A stretch of 23,221 bases of DNA from an uncultured bacterium (GTDB lineage Bacteria; Schekmanbacteria; GWA2-38-11; J061). Under the pieces are notes generated by a model, which saw only the letters and a program-made list of their open reading frames with translations, made no database searches and was not told the origin of the DNA. Below, piece after piece: positions 1 to 7,526 of the stretch. Both the position numbers and the translations under genes were made by a program. How positions within the stretch are numbered: the stretch's first letter is position 1; the number at the start of each line of letters is the position of its first letter. The stretch spans positions 1 to 23,221 of the forward strand of contig CAZJVM010000026.1 in the NCBI GenBank assembly GCA_964549305.1. The letters run 5' to 3'.

Positions 1-16
1 TAAGCAAGGAGATAAA

Positions 17-568
17 ATGGATTATCCATACGGCATAACACCTGAAGAAAGACAGCTTCAGAATATTCAAAGCTTAAAAAAACTTGGGGTCCCTGTTAAA
101 GAATTGAATAAAAAACAGTTAGAACAGGAAATTATTGCATTTCTTAAAAGAAAGCAGTGCCTCACGCTTGCTACAACCGGCTCTGACGGTTATCCGCGAA
201 CAAGCATCCTTGACTATCAGAGCGACGGACTGACGCTTTATATGGTTAGTGAAGGAGGAGAGAAATTCCGTAACATTGAACATACCGATAAGGTGGCAAT
301 TTCAATAGGTTTTTCCGATGGCACCGCGCCTTCGGAATACGGGCTTACAATGCAGGGCAGAGTGAAGGTTTACAAAGCGCCGTCTCCTAACTATATGAAA
401 GCCCTTTTAAAACTGAGACCTTTTCTCGAAGAATGGGGCAAGGCCCTTTTGCCTATGGAAAATGTTCTTAAAAGGACAATTATGGCGCGAGCTATAAAAT
501 TTACTCCCGAGGAAATGACTTATATGAATCTTCCCGACGGAGTCCCTCTTATGCTTTGGGAAAAATAA
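17..568 (+). CDS. Pyridoxamine 5'-phosphate oxidase-like (flavin-binding split-barrel) family protein
   Basis: 183 aa ORF with AGGAGA RBS upstream. LTLATTGSDGYPR...LYMVSEGGEKFRNIEHTDKVAI matches the LAT-x3-G-x-P / K-x2-N-x5-V pattern of PNPOx-like split barrels. Confidence 0.8.
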   Translation: MDYPYGITPEERQLQNIQSLKKLGVPVKELNKKQLEQEIIAFLKRKQCLTLATTGSDGYPRTSILDYQSDGLTLYMVSEGGEKFRNIEHTDKVAISIGFSDGTAPSEYGLTMQGRVKVYKAPSPNYMKALLKLRPFLEEWGKALLPMENVLKRTIMARAIKFTPEEMTYMNLPDGVPLMLWEK

Positions 569-593
569 TCAGGGGTACGGGGAAAATATTCCT

Positions 594-623
594 TTGCATC
601 TGCCTGCCTTTTTGTTTTAGATT
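594..623 (+). promoter_or_regulatory. Putative sigma-70 promoter (TTGCAT-N18-TAGATT) just upstream of the ATG at 632
   Basis: Hexamers at 594-599 and 618-623. Only 8 nt separate the -10 element from the ATG, and there is no Shine-Dalgarno. Confidence 0.4.
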
Positions 624-631
624 TCTAAATT

Positions 632-2683
632 ATGCCTCTAAAACAATTATCTTTGATAAAACTAACATTATCAGGAGCCTTTGCGGGAATAATATTTTCT
701 CTTGTTGAGTTTTATTATATCAACCCTACAACCTATTATCCCCGCGCATATATCATTTATATTTCATCGCTTTATCTGTTAGCGGGAATTTTGACGGGAA
801 TAATAGGGTATTCGAAGCTTAAAGCGGCACAACTGTTAACCAAAAAGGATTTCCCTTTCACTTCCCCTTCGATTTTCCTCTTTTCCGAGGTTTCCTCGAT
901 TTTTATTATTTCGGTTATTGCAAAAATCTACACTTACGCAGGCGGAGAAACCTTTTCTTCTCTGATTATTTTTTGGATTAAAATTGTTCTGCTTATTTAT
1001 CTGCTCTCTTTCATAATTTATATTATCTTAACTTTTGCCGGAAAATCGATTTCTTCTTTTTCCTCACTCAATAACCCTCTTTATCTTTTTTTGCTTATCG
1101 TGTTTTTATGCGGGGCAATAGCTTTATATTCCTTCTACCCTGCTGCATCCACAGGTATTGACGGCAAAGTAGCGGGGGATTCTTCTAAACCGTCTGTCAT
1201 AGCCATAGTCATCGATACACTGCGATATGATTATGTGACAGGTTACGGCGGAGTGCAGGCAACTTCGAAAATTGAAGAGATGGCGAAAGATTCCATCGTG
1301 TACGAAAACTGTTTTTCCTCTTCTCCCTGGACGGTGCCTTCTCATTCTACGCTTTTCACTTCTCTCCCGCCTTCATCTCACGGCGCTATGTGGATTGACG
1401 AAGGCGAAGGAAACGATTCCGTCTGTATGCCTTTAGCTGAGGATTCAAAAACTCTGGCGGAAGTATTAAGTGATGAAGGATATGAAACAACGGCATTCAT
1501 AGGGAATATGAATCTTTCAAAGGCATTCGGACTTTCACAGGGTTTTGATATTTACAATGACAATCCCCACCCTTATTTCGAAGGTTTTATTCTGCGCCCC
1601 TCTTTGCTGATGCTTCTTTATGACAATATAAGATTTCCGCCTTTAAGACGATTTGTCGAAAAGTGCGACCTTTATCTTATCAAGGCGGTAAACATTATAT
1701 ACGGAGAAGGGTTCAGAAATTTTCCTCTGAATTATCCAAATATTTTAAGAAGGACGAAGAAACGAGCGGATGAAGTAAACTACGAGTTCTTCCGGTGGCT
1801 TGAAAAACGGGGCAATACGCCTTTCTTCGCTTTTATTAACTATTATGAGCCTCACGACCCATATCTTCCGCCTGAAAAATTTGTTCCCGAAGAGGCAAAA
1901 AAATATGACGGCAAGATAGACAAACTGACTTACCCTACGGGATATGCCTGCAAAGTGCTGAAAGGAGAGGATGTCCTTTCGGAAGATGACATTGGTTATA
2001 TAAAATCCCTTTATGAGGGAGAAGTTCGTTTCGTTGATTACAATATTGGCCTGCTTATTGACCTGCTTAAGGAGAAGGGCATATATGACAATAGCGTGAT
2101 AATAATTACCTCAGACCACGGCGAGGCATTGGGAGATCATAATTTTCTCACACACGACAACTATCTTTATGATGAGCTTATTCATGTGCCTTTAATAGTC
2201 AAGCTTCCCAAAAATAAAAACGCGGGTCTCAGAAAAAAGGAAATAACAGGGCTTATAGATATTGCGCCATCGCTTTTAAAGTTTTTTGGGATGGGGATTC
2301 CCGAAGAAATGCAGGGGAATAGGGATATTTTTGAATTCGATGAGTCAAATAATGGATTCGACAGATTTATTTTTTCGGAAGTGAACAGGACAAAAAAATT
2401 TATAAACTGCAGCAGTAATTTTGACAGGGATTTAAAATCGGTCAGGAATGGCAAATGGAAGGCGATTCTCTCATCTAAAGGCAGTTTCGAGCTTTATGAT
2501 ATTATTTCAGATCCTTTGGAATCGGATAATCTTGAAGAAAGTGAGCCTGCGCGAGGGGAAGAATATAAAACGAAACTGAATGATTATTTTAAAAACGCAG
2601 ATAGAGACAAAGGGAAAAAAATCCCTATGCATAAGAAAAAGGAAGTAATCGACAGACTGCGCGCACTCGGTTATCTCCAATAG
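632..2683 (+). CDS. Membrane-anchored sulfatase-like hydrolase/transferase (alkaline phosphatase superfamily)
   Basis: About 5 hydrophobic N-terminal segments, then IVIDTLRYD, SSSPWTVPSHSTLFT, INYYEPHDPY, TSDHGE, HVPLIVK, ELYDIISDPLE and a C-terminal RLRALGYLQ. Confidence 0.88.
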   Translation: MPLKQLSLIKLTLSGAFAGIIFSLVEFYYINPTTYYPRAYIIYISSLYLLAGILTGIIGYSKLKAAQLLTKKDFPFTSPSIFLFSEVSSIFIISVIAKIYTYAGGETFSSLIIFWIKIVLLIYLLSFIIYIILTFAGKSISSFSSLNNPLYLFLLIVFLCGAIALYSFYPAASTGIDGKVAGDSSKPSVIAIVIDTLRYDYVTGYGGVQATSKIEEMAKDSIVYENCFSSSPWTVPSHSTLFTSLPPSSHGAMWIDEGEGNDSVCMPLAEDSKTLAEVLSDEGYETTAFIGNMNLSKAFGLSQGFDIYNDNPHPYFEGFILRPSLLMLLYDNIRFPPLRRFVEKCDLYLIKAVNIIYGEGFRNFPLNYPNILRRTKKRADEVNYEFFRWLEKRGNTPFFAFINYYEPHDPYLPPEKFVPEEAKKYDGKIDKLTYPTGYACKVLKGEDVLSEDDIGYIKSLYEGEVRFVDYNIGLLIDLLKEKGIYDNSVIIITSDHGEALGDHNFLTHDNYLYDELIHVPLIVKLPKNKNAGLRKKEITGLIDIAPSLLKFFGMGIPEEMQGNRDIFEFDESNNGFDRFIFSEVNRTKKFINCSSNFDRDLKSVRNGKWKAILSSKGSFELYDIISDPLESDNLEESEPARGEEYKTKLNDYFKNADRDKGKKIPMHKKKEVIDRLRALGYLQ

Positions 2684-2692
2684 AAATGTATT

Positions 2693-4033
2693 ATGAAAAA
2701 AGTTCTTCTCATAAATCCGTGGATTTATGATTTTTCCGCTTTTGATTTGTGGCTGAAACCGATTGGACTTCTCTATATCCTGTCGCGTCTCAAAGAAAAG
2801 GGTATAAGCGTATCTTTTATTGACTGCCTTGACAGGAATGACAAAGACCTTCTTTCCTTTCTCGGTAAAGATTCCGCTGTTAACAAGAGATACGGATGCG
2901 GAAATTTCCATAAGGAAAAAGCGCCAAAACCGGAAATATTGAGCGATATACCGAGGAATTATTACAGATACGGAATGCCGGTTGAAGTTTTTGAAAAAAA
3001 ACTTTCGGACATATCACCCCCCGATTATGTGCTTGTTACCTCGATGATGACATATTGGTATCCCGGCGTAAGAAAAGCCATTGGCCTTTCGAGGGAATAT
3101 TTTCCCGAAACAAAGATAATCCTTGGGGGAGTCTATGCAAATTTATGCCCTCAACACGCTCTGGAAATGTGCGGCGCCGATTATGTTTACTGCGGAAAAA
3201 GCCTTGAAGGACTTTTCGGGATAATTAACGGAGATTTTCCTTGTAAAAATATAGTAAAGGAAAGAAATCTCATTTCCTTCGATTTGCCCTTTCCCGACTT
3301 CTCTGAATATTCATCAACCGGTTATTTCTGCGTAATGACATCTCAGGGATGCCCTTTCAATTGTACATATTGCGCTTCCAATATCCTCTATGAAGGATTC
3401 TGTCAGAGGGGACCGGAGTCAGTTGTCGATGAAATTGTTTTTCAGACAAATAATCTCAAATGTAAAAATATGGCATTTTATGATGATGCTCTTCTTGTAA
3501 ATGCGGAAAAACACTTTGAGAAGATACTTGACGGAATAATCGGTAATGGGTTGGGGCTTAACCTACACTCCCCAAACGGAATGCATCCGAAGTTTATTAC
3601 ATTGGATATGGCGAAAAAAATGATGACCGCAGGTTTTAAGACAATTAGAATAAGCCTTGAAACTTCAGACCCTGAAAGGCAATCGCAAACAGGCGGGAAA
3701 GTGGGAAATGAAGATTTCCTCAAAGCAATGGATTCTCTGACAAAAGCCGGATTCGGAGAATCGGAAATCGGCACTTACATTTTTTTCGGATTTCCCGGAC
3801 AAAGAATCAAAGAGGTTGAGGAGAGTATTAAATTTGTCAAAAAACAGGGTTCAGTGGTCAATCTTGTGGAATATTCGCCCATACCGGGCACCGCGATGTG
3901 GAAGGAACTGGAGGCAAGAGGTGTAATCAGCGAAAATACGGATCCTCTCTGCCATAATAATTCCGTGTTTTTCAGAAAATATTCTGGTATATCTGAGCAG
4001 GAACTTCAGCATCTCAAACAATTTGCACGTTAA
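2693..4033 (+). CDS. B12-binding domain radical SAM protein
   Basis: N-terminal KVLLINP...PIGLLYI...ILGGVYA cobalamin-binding-type region, TSQGCPFNCTYC (CxxxCxxC), FYDD and FFGFPGQ. Confidence 0.88.
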   Translation: MKKVLLINPWIYDFSAFDLWLKPIGLLYILSRLKEKGISVSFIDCLDRNDKDLLSFLGKDSAVNKRYGCGNFHKEKAPKPEILSDIPRNYYRYGMPVEVFEKKLSDISPPDYVLVTSMMTYWYPGVRKAIGLSREYFPETKIILGGVYANLCPQHALEMCGADYVYCGKSLEGLFGIINGDFPCKNIVKERNLISFDLPFPDFSEYSSTGYFCVMTSQGCPFNCTYCASNILYEGFCQRGPESVVDEIVFQTNNLKCKNMAFYDDALLVNAEKHFEKILDGIIGNGLGLNLHSPNGMHPKFITLDMAKKMMTAGFKTIRISLETSDPERQSQTGGKVGNEDFLKAMDSLTKAGFGESEIGTYIFFGFPGQRIKEVEESIKFVKKQGSVVNLVEYSPIPGTAMWKELEARGVISENTDPLCHNNSVFFRKYSGISEQELQHLKQFAR

Positions 4034-4057
4034 ATTCTTATAACGGATTTTAGGTTT

Positions 4058-4714
4058 ATGCTCAAGAGAAACATAAGTTTTAACAATATAGTTTTGGCTT
4101 ATCTGAAAAGGAACGAAAGTCTTTCCAAGTGTGACGTGCCGAAAGATATCTCATATGAAAGCAATGCATTTGCTACCGTTGAGATGTCAGAATATTCGGG
4201 AGAAAATGTAAAAAAGTTTGTCTCCGTTAACGGCAAAATAGCAGGCATTGCAGAGATTGAAGCAGGCGTCGTTTCTTTTAACAAATCCGGCAAATATCCG
4301 TCATTATTTTTTGAAAAACTTGATTGTTTTAAGTTATCCGTAGTTTCCCTTGGGATAGCCGATATATGCGAAAATGCAACTCTTCGTTTTGTAGAAAATG
4401 AGGAGATAAATGCTCTTAACGAAGAACTCAGAATAATTCCCCGTTTTCCTTATCCTTGGAGGATTGGCGATGAAAGGGGAATCGATGATTGTTTCTTTAA
4501 AGGCACTTTTCGTTACAGGCACAGGATTTCAACGAGTATTTCGTTGAGGCGTTTTCTCTACGGGATTTATAATGATGTCGTAAAGGGAATGCCCGATAAT
4601 TTTGAAAGAAGAGAACCTGAAATTCCATTTACCTCCTTTTTAGGAATAAAACTCTTAAAGTCTTCTTTCAAAGATAACTGGTATAACAAACTTGTTAACC
4701 GCTTAATCGAATAA
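4058..4714 (+). CDS. Hypothetical protein
   Basis: 218 aa ORF starting 24 nt after the radical SAM stop and ending just before a terminator hairpin. No family motif recognised. Confidence 0.6.
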   Translation: MLKRNISFNNIVLAYLKRNESLSKCDVPKDISYESNAFATVEMSEYSGENVKKFVSVNGKIAGIAEIEAGVVSFNKSGKYPSLFFEKLDCFKLSVVSLGIADICENATLRFVENEEINALNEELRIIPRFPYPWRIGDERGIDDCFFKGTFRYRHRISTSISLRRFLYGIYNDVVKGMPDNFERREPEIPFTSFLGIKLLKSSFKDNWYNKLVNRLIE

Positions 4715-4727
4715 TCGGTTTTTGCAG

Positions 4728-4765
4728 AAAAAAACGGGTATGTCCTTAAGTAAACATACCCGTTT
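4728..4765. terminator. Intrinsic terminator between convergent genes (strongest on the minus strand, possibly bidirectional)
   Basis: Perfect 12-bp inverted repeat AAACGGGTATGT (4732-4743) / ACATACCCGTTT (4754-4765) with a 10-nt loop. The A-run at 4728-4734 gives a U-tract on the minus strand. Confidence 0.8.
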
Positions 4766-4774
4766 AAGATTGAA

Positions 4775-5092
4775 CTATTGTTTTTTTTCATCAATCAGAG
4801 TGATTGACTTACACTTAATTCCCTCATCGTCATCTGTGTATTTGCAGACTACCTTATTGCCTTTCTTCAAATTATCCGCGGTCGCTGGTTCACCGGAAAT
4901 CTTGATTCTGGATGTTTCATTCAATTCGCAGATAATTTCTCCTCTCAATCCTTTAATGTGCACCTTATTCTCTTTTAAGTCTATTGACTGAATTACTCCG
5001 GTGAGCTGGTGGACTTTAACGGGTTCCGAGAATGAGAGTGAAAGGCCTGCTACAAAAAAAATAATCAGAAAAAATGACAATACTTTTTTCAC
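4775..5092 (-). CDS. Small exported beta-rich (OB-fold/DUF5666-like) protein
   Basis: Start revised from 5101 to the GTG at 5092, which follows AGGAGGTG by 6 nt. Signal peptide MKKVLSFFLIIFFVAGLSLSFS, then the GVIQSID...ETSRIKISG...DNLKKGNKVVCKY pattern typical of small periplasmic OB-fold proteins. Confidence 0.7.
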   Translation of the reverse strand: MKKVLSFFLIIFFVAGLSLSFSEPVKVHQLTGVIQSIDLKENKVHIKGLRGEIICELNETSRIKISGEPATADNLKKGNKVVCKYTDDDEGIKCKSITLIDEKKQ

Positions 5093-5335
5093 TATTATCA
5101 CCTCCTTTCCTTAATTTTAAATTCATTTTTTCATATTTGGTAATTATTGTCAATATTAAATATTTTTTGTTAATAATATATTTAAATGACGAATTTAGAA
5201 GGTAAAAGGAATCAAAAAAGAAGACCGGGGACTTTGTTTGGATTTATTGCGGCAACAGGGAGATAAAACCTGTATTTTCGCGCACTACGGATGTGGTAAA
5301 AGCGAAACTATTATCAGATAATTATGGGGGAAATA

Positions 5336-6130
5336 TTAATGGGATGTTATTCCGCCGCAGACATTGAGTACCTGTCCTGTAACATATTCGCAGTCATCGC
5401 CTGCAAAGAAAACTGCAACCTTTCCTATATCGTCCGGTTCTCCTATTCTTCCCTTGGGAAGCCGTCCCGTTGAAATCATTATTTCCGCTATGTCTGTCAT
5501 ACCCATTTTGCCTTCGGCTCTCATACTGTTATCGATATTCTCCAGCATAGGGGTTTTTATCATTCCGGGGCATATGCAGTTTACATTGATCCCGTACTGT
5601 CCGAGGTCTGCCGCGGCACAAAATGTAAAAACATTAACTGCCGCTTTTGACGATGCATAAGCTGAGCATCTTGTAGGCGGATTTTTCGATGTTATTGACG
5701 ACATATTGATTATTCTTCCTGCGGTTTTCTTTTCAATCATTATCTGTGAAACCGCCTTAGTCATAAGAAAAACGCCCCTTATATTTATTGAATATATTCT
5801 ATCCCACATCTCTTCCGTTGTTTCGTTAACTGCGCCTGCCTCGCCTTCGATGCCGGCATTATTTACAAGGATATCGATTTTGCCGTGGTTTTTTAATATT
5901 TCATCTGTGATATTGTTTATATCATTATTATTGCTTACATCACCTGCAACGGCATAAGCTTTTTTTCCCTTTGTTTTGATTTCCCTGATTGTTTCTTCAA
6001 GTTTTTCAATTCTTCTGCCCATGACATAGACAATTGCTCCTTCCTCAGCAAAACAGCTTGCTATTCCTCTGCCTATTCCCGTGCCTCCTCCTGTAATAAG
6101 CGCTACGCGACCTTCAAGTTTTCCGCTCAT
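5336..6130 (-). CDS. Short-chain dehydrogenase/reductase (classical SDR, FabG-like) oxidoreductase
   Basis: TGGGTGIG, DILVNNAG, catalytic YASSK, VNCICPG and YVTGQVLNVCGG. The ATG at 6130 has an AAAGGGG RBS, so it is preferred over the TTG at 6136. Confidence 0.92.
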   Translation of the reverse strand: MSGKLEGRVALITGGGTGIGRGIASCFAEEGAIVYVMGRRIEKLEETIREIKTKGKKAYAVAGDVSNNNDINNITDEILKNHGKIDILVNNAGIEGEAGAVNETTEEMWDRIYSINIRGVFLMTKAVSQIMIEKKTAGRIINMSSITSKNPPTRCSAYASSKAAVNVFTFCAAADLGQYGINVNCICPGMIKTPMLENIDNSMRAEGKMGMTDIAEIMISTGRLPKGRIGEPDDIGKVAVFFAGDDCEYVTGQVLNVCGGITSH

Positions 6131-6283
6131 ATTCAACCCCTTTCATCTTTTTTACTGTGACAATTATTATGACAATGTTTGATTGGGTGATTTTAAGAAA
6201 ATAATTCTTGAAAATGATAGTTATTTTAAAGAATTAATCAAGAAAGAGGAGAAGAATAAAGTGATTTATCGATTGCCGGGCTA

Positions 6284-7054
6284 TTATTTGCTTCTGCGCA
6301 ATGCGAAGAGCGTAAGTCCGGAAAGGAGAAGAAACAGGGTTGACGGTTCGGGTACGGGAAATGAAGTAGTGCCGTTACCGAATGCCGCATCGGAACCCCA
6401 TTCGAATATTACACTGTTTGATGAAATGTAGGACAGGGTGCTATCGGCAGTACTCATATTTGTAAGGTCTATTCCGTTTAAATCGAGTTTTGCAATAATG
6501 GAATTATGTATTCCTCCCAATCCCCCCAGGGACAACACGCCGTTTGTAAGTCCTGCCTGAGGACCGTCAATATTGACGGGACCGTCAAGATTTGTGTTTT
6601 TTGTGGCATTCATAAAAGGGGTAATTCCCGACTTCATAGCCGATACGAAATTGTTGCTGTTTCCGAATCCCGTTTTTGATACATTTCCGAAACCCCATTC
6701 AACGGAAACATCTGCGCCTTCCGTCAGTTGAGAGGATACATTATCAAAATTAACTGAATAGCTTCCAATGCCTATTTCGGTGCTTCCTCCGATAATAGCC
6801 GCGCCTGAAGGCAGGTCAAAGGCAATAGATGTGAGAAGCTGGTCGCTGTTGCTGAATCCCTGCGGGACTCCCGTTGACAGATTGGTAAGTTGAATCTGAA
6901 GTTGCCCACCGGCAACGGAAAATATCGCCTCCGAAGCAAGTCCCGATGAATCCGAGAATGAAAAAGTTATTGGAGTTGACAACGCCTCGCTTCCCGCGAA
7001 AAGAAGTATCGAAGCGCATAGCAAAAACATAAATATTGTTTTGGTACTTTTCAT
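6284..7054 (-). CDS. PEP-CTERM exosortase-dependent surface protein (XDD4-like domain, tentative)
   Basis: N-terminal signal peptide and an S/T/N/G-rich body. The C-terminus is VPEPST plus hydrophobic LFLLLSGLTLFAL plus basic RRSK. The XDD4 resemblance is from memory and was not searched. Confidence 0.92.
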   Translation of the reverse strand: MKSTKTIFMFLLCASILLFAGSEALSTPITFSFSDSSGLASEAIFSVAGGQLQIQLTNLSTGVPQGFSNSDQLLTSIAFDLPSGAAIIGGSTEIGIGSYSVNFDNVSSQLTEGADVSVEWGFGNVSKTGFGNSNNFVSAMKSGITPFMNATKNTNLDGPVNIDGPQAGLTNGVLSLGGLGGIHNSIIAKLDLNGIDLTNMSTADSTLSYISSNSVIFEWGSDAAFGNGTTSFPVPEPSTLFLLLSGLTLFALRRSK

Positions 7055-7067
7055 GTTTTCTCATTTA

Positions 7068-7083
7068 AGCAATAAGTGTGCCA
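7068..7083 (-). promoter_or_regulatory. Sigma-54 (-24/-12) promoter of the PEP-CTERM gene
   Basis: The minus strand reads TGGCAC-ACTTA-TTGCT, an exact match to TGGCAC-N5-TTGCW, immediately upstream of the gene. Confidence 0.88.
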
Positions 7084-7191
7084 TTAAATATAAATCTCTT
7101 AAATAATCATTTAACTTATTGTAATGTTTTATTATATATATCTTATGATAAGTTTATTAAATAGTTAAATAATAGAATTAATCTGAAAAAG

Positions 7192-7228
7192 TGTCCAAAA
7201 AACCGACAAAGTGTTCATTTTACCGACA
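7192..7228. promoter_or_regulatory. Tandem upstream activating sites for a sigma-54 enhancer-binding protein (PrsR-type PEP-CTERM box candidate)
   Basis: TGTCCAAAAAACCGACA (7192-7208) and TGTTCATTTTACCGACA (7212-7228) are both TGT-N11-ACA with a 20-bp period. They lie about 110-145 bp upstream of the -24 element, across an extremely AT-rich spacer. Confidence 0.7.
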
Positions 7229-7454
7229 CTTTCAGTTATTTAAAAGAAAAAAATGGCAATGTATTAATCGTACCCTTGACTATCCATTTTCTATATCCTA
7301 TTCTCATTCTTCTGTAATTCATATGCACTGTGCATTCGGTTGTTGTGCGGTTTTAATAAAAATATTGCTGCTTCATAATTAATTTTTTCTTATTCCTTTG
7401 CCGATTTTTCCTGAGTTTATTTTTCAATTCATTTAATCGCGTTTTTATAATTAT

Positions 7455-7483
7455 TTGAGATATAAAAAATTAAGTTGTAGAGT
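7455..7483 (+). promoter_or_regulatory. Putative sigma-70 promoter of the large glycan-tailoring operon
   Basis: TTGAGA (7455-7460), N17, TAGAGT (7478-7483), 43 nt before the TTG start. The AT-rich context makes chance matches possible. Confidence 0.4.
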
Positions 7484-7526
7484 ATAAATTTGATTGGTTA
7501 GTTGATTCTTTTTAGGGAGATTTCGG

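Noticed and set aside
5250-5310. Two small hairpins (ACAGG/CCTGT and TTTCGC/GCGAAA) between the SDR and the exported protein, considered as a riboswitch or ncRNA
   Set aside because: I recognised no cobalamin, SAM or c-di-GMP riboswitch consensus, and the stems are short. An Rfam/Infernal scan would be needed.
6564-6579. Perfect 16-bp palindrome CCGTCAATATTGACGG
   Set aside because: It lies inside the PEP-CTERM coding region and coincides with the DGP-VNI-DGP peptide repeat. There is no positional reason for a regulatory role.
7188-7230. 20-bp tandem repeat considered as a CRISPR remnant or iteron
   Set aside because: There are only two imperfect adjacent copies, with no spacers and no cas or rep genes. 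It is better explained as activator sites.
7191-7382. 63-aa ORF and other short ORFs in the divergent intergenic region, considered as RiPP precursors for the SPASM enzyme
   Set aside because: There is no RBS, the ORF overlaps the enhancer sites and it has no leader/core pattern. No peptidase, RRE or transporter is nearby, and the context is glycan-related.
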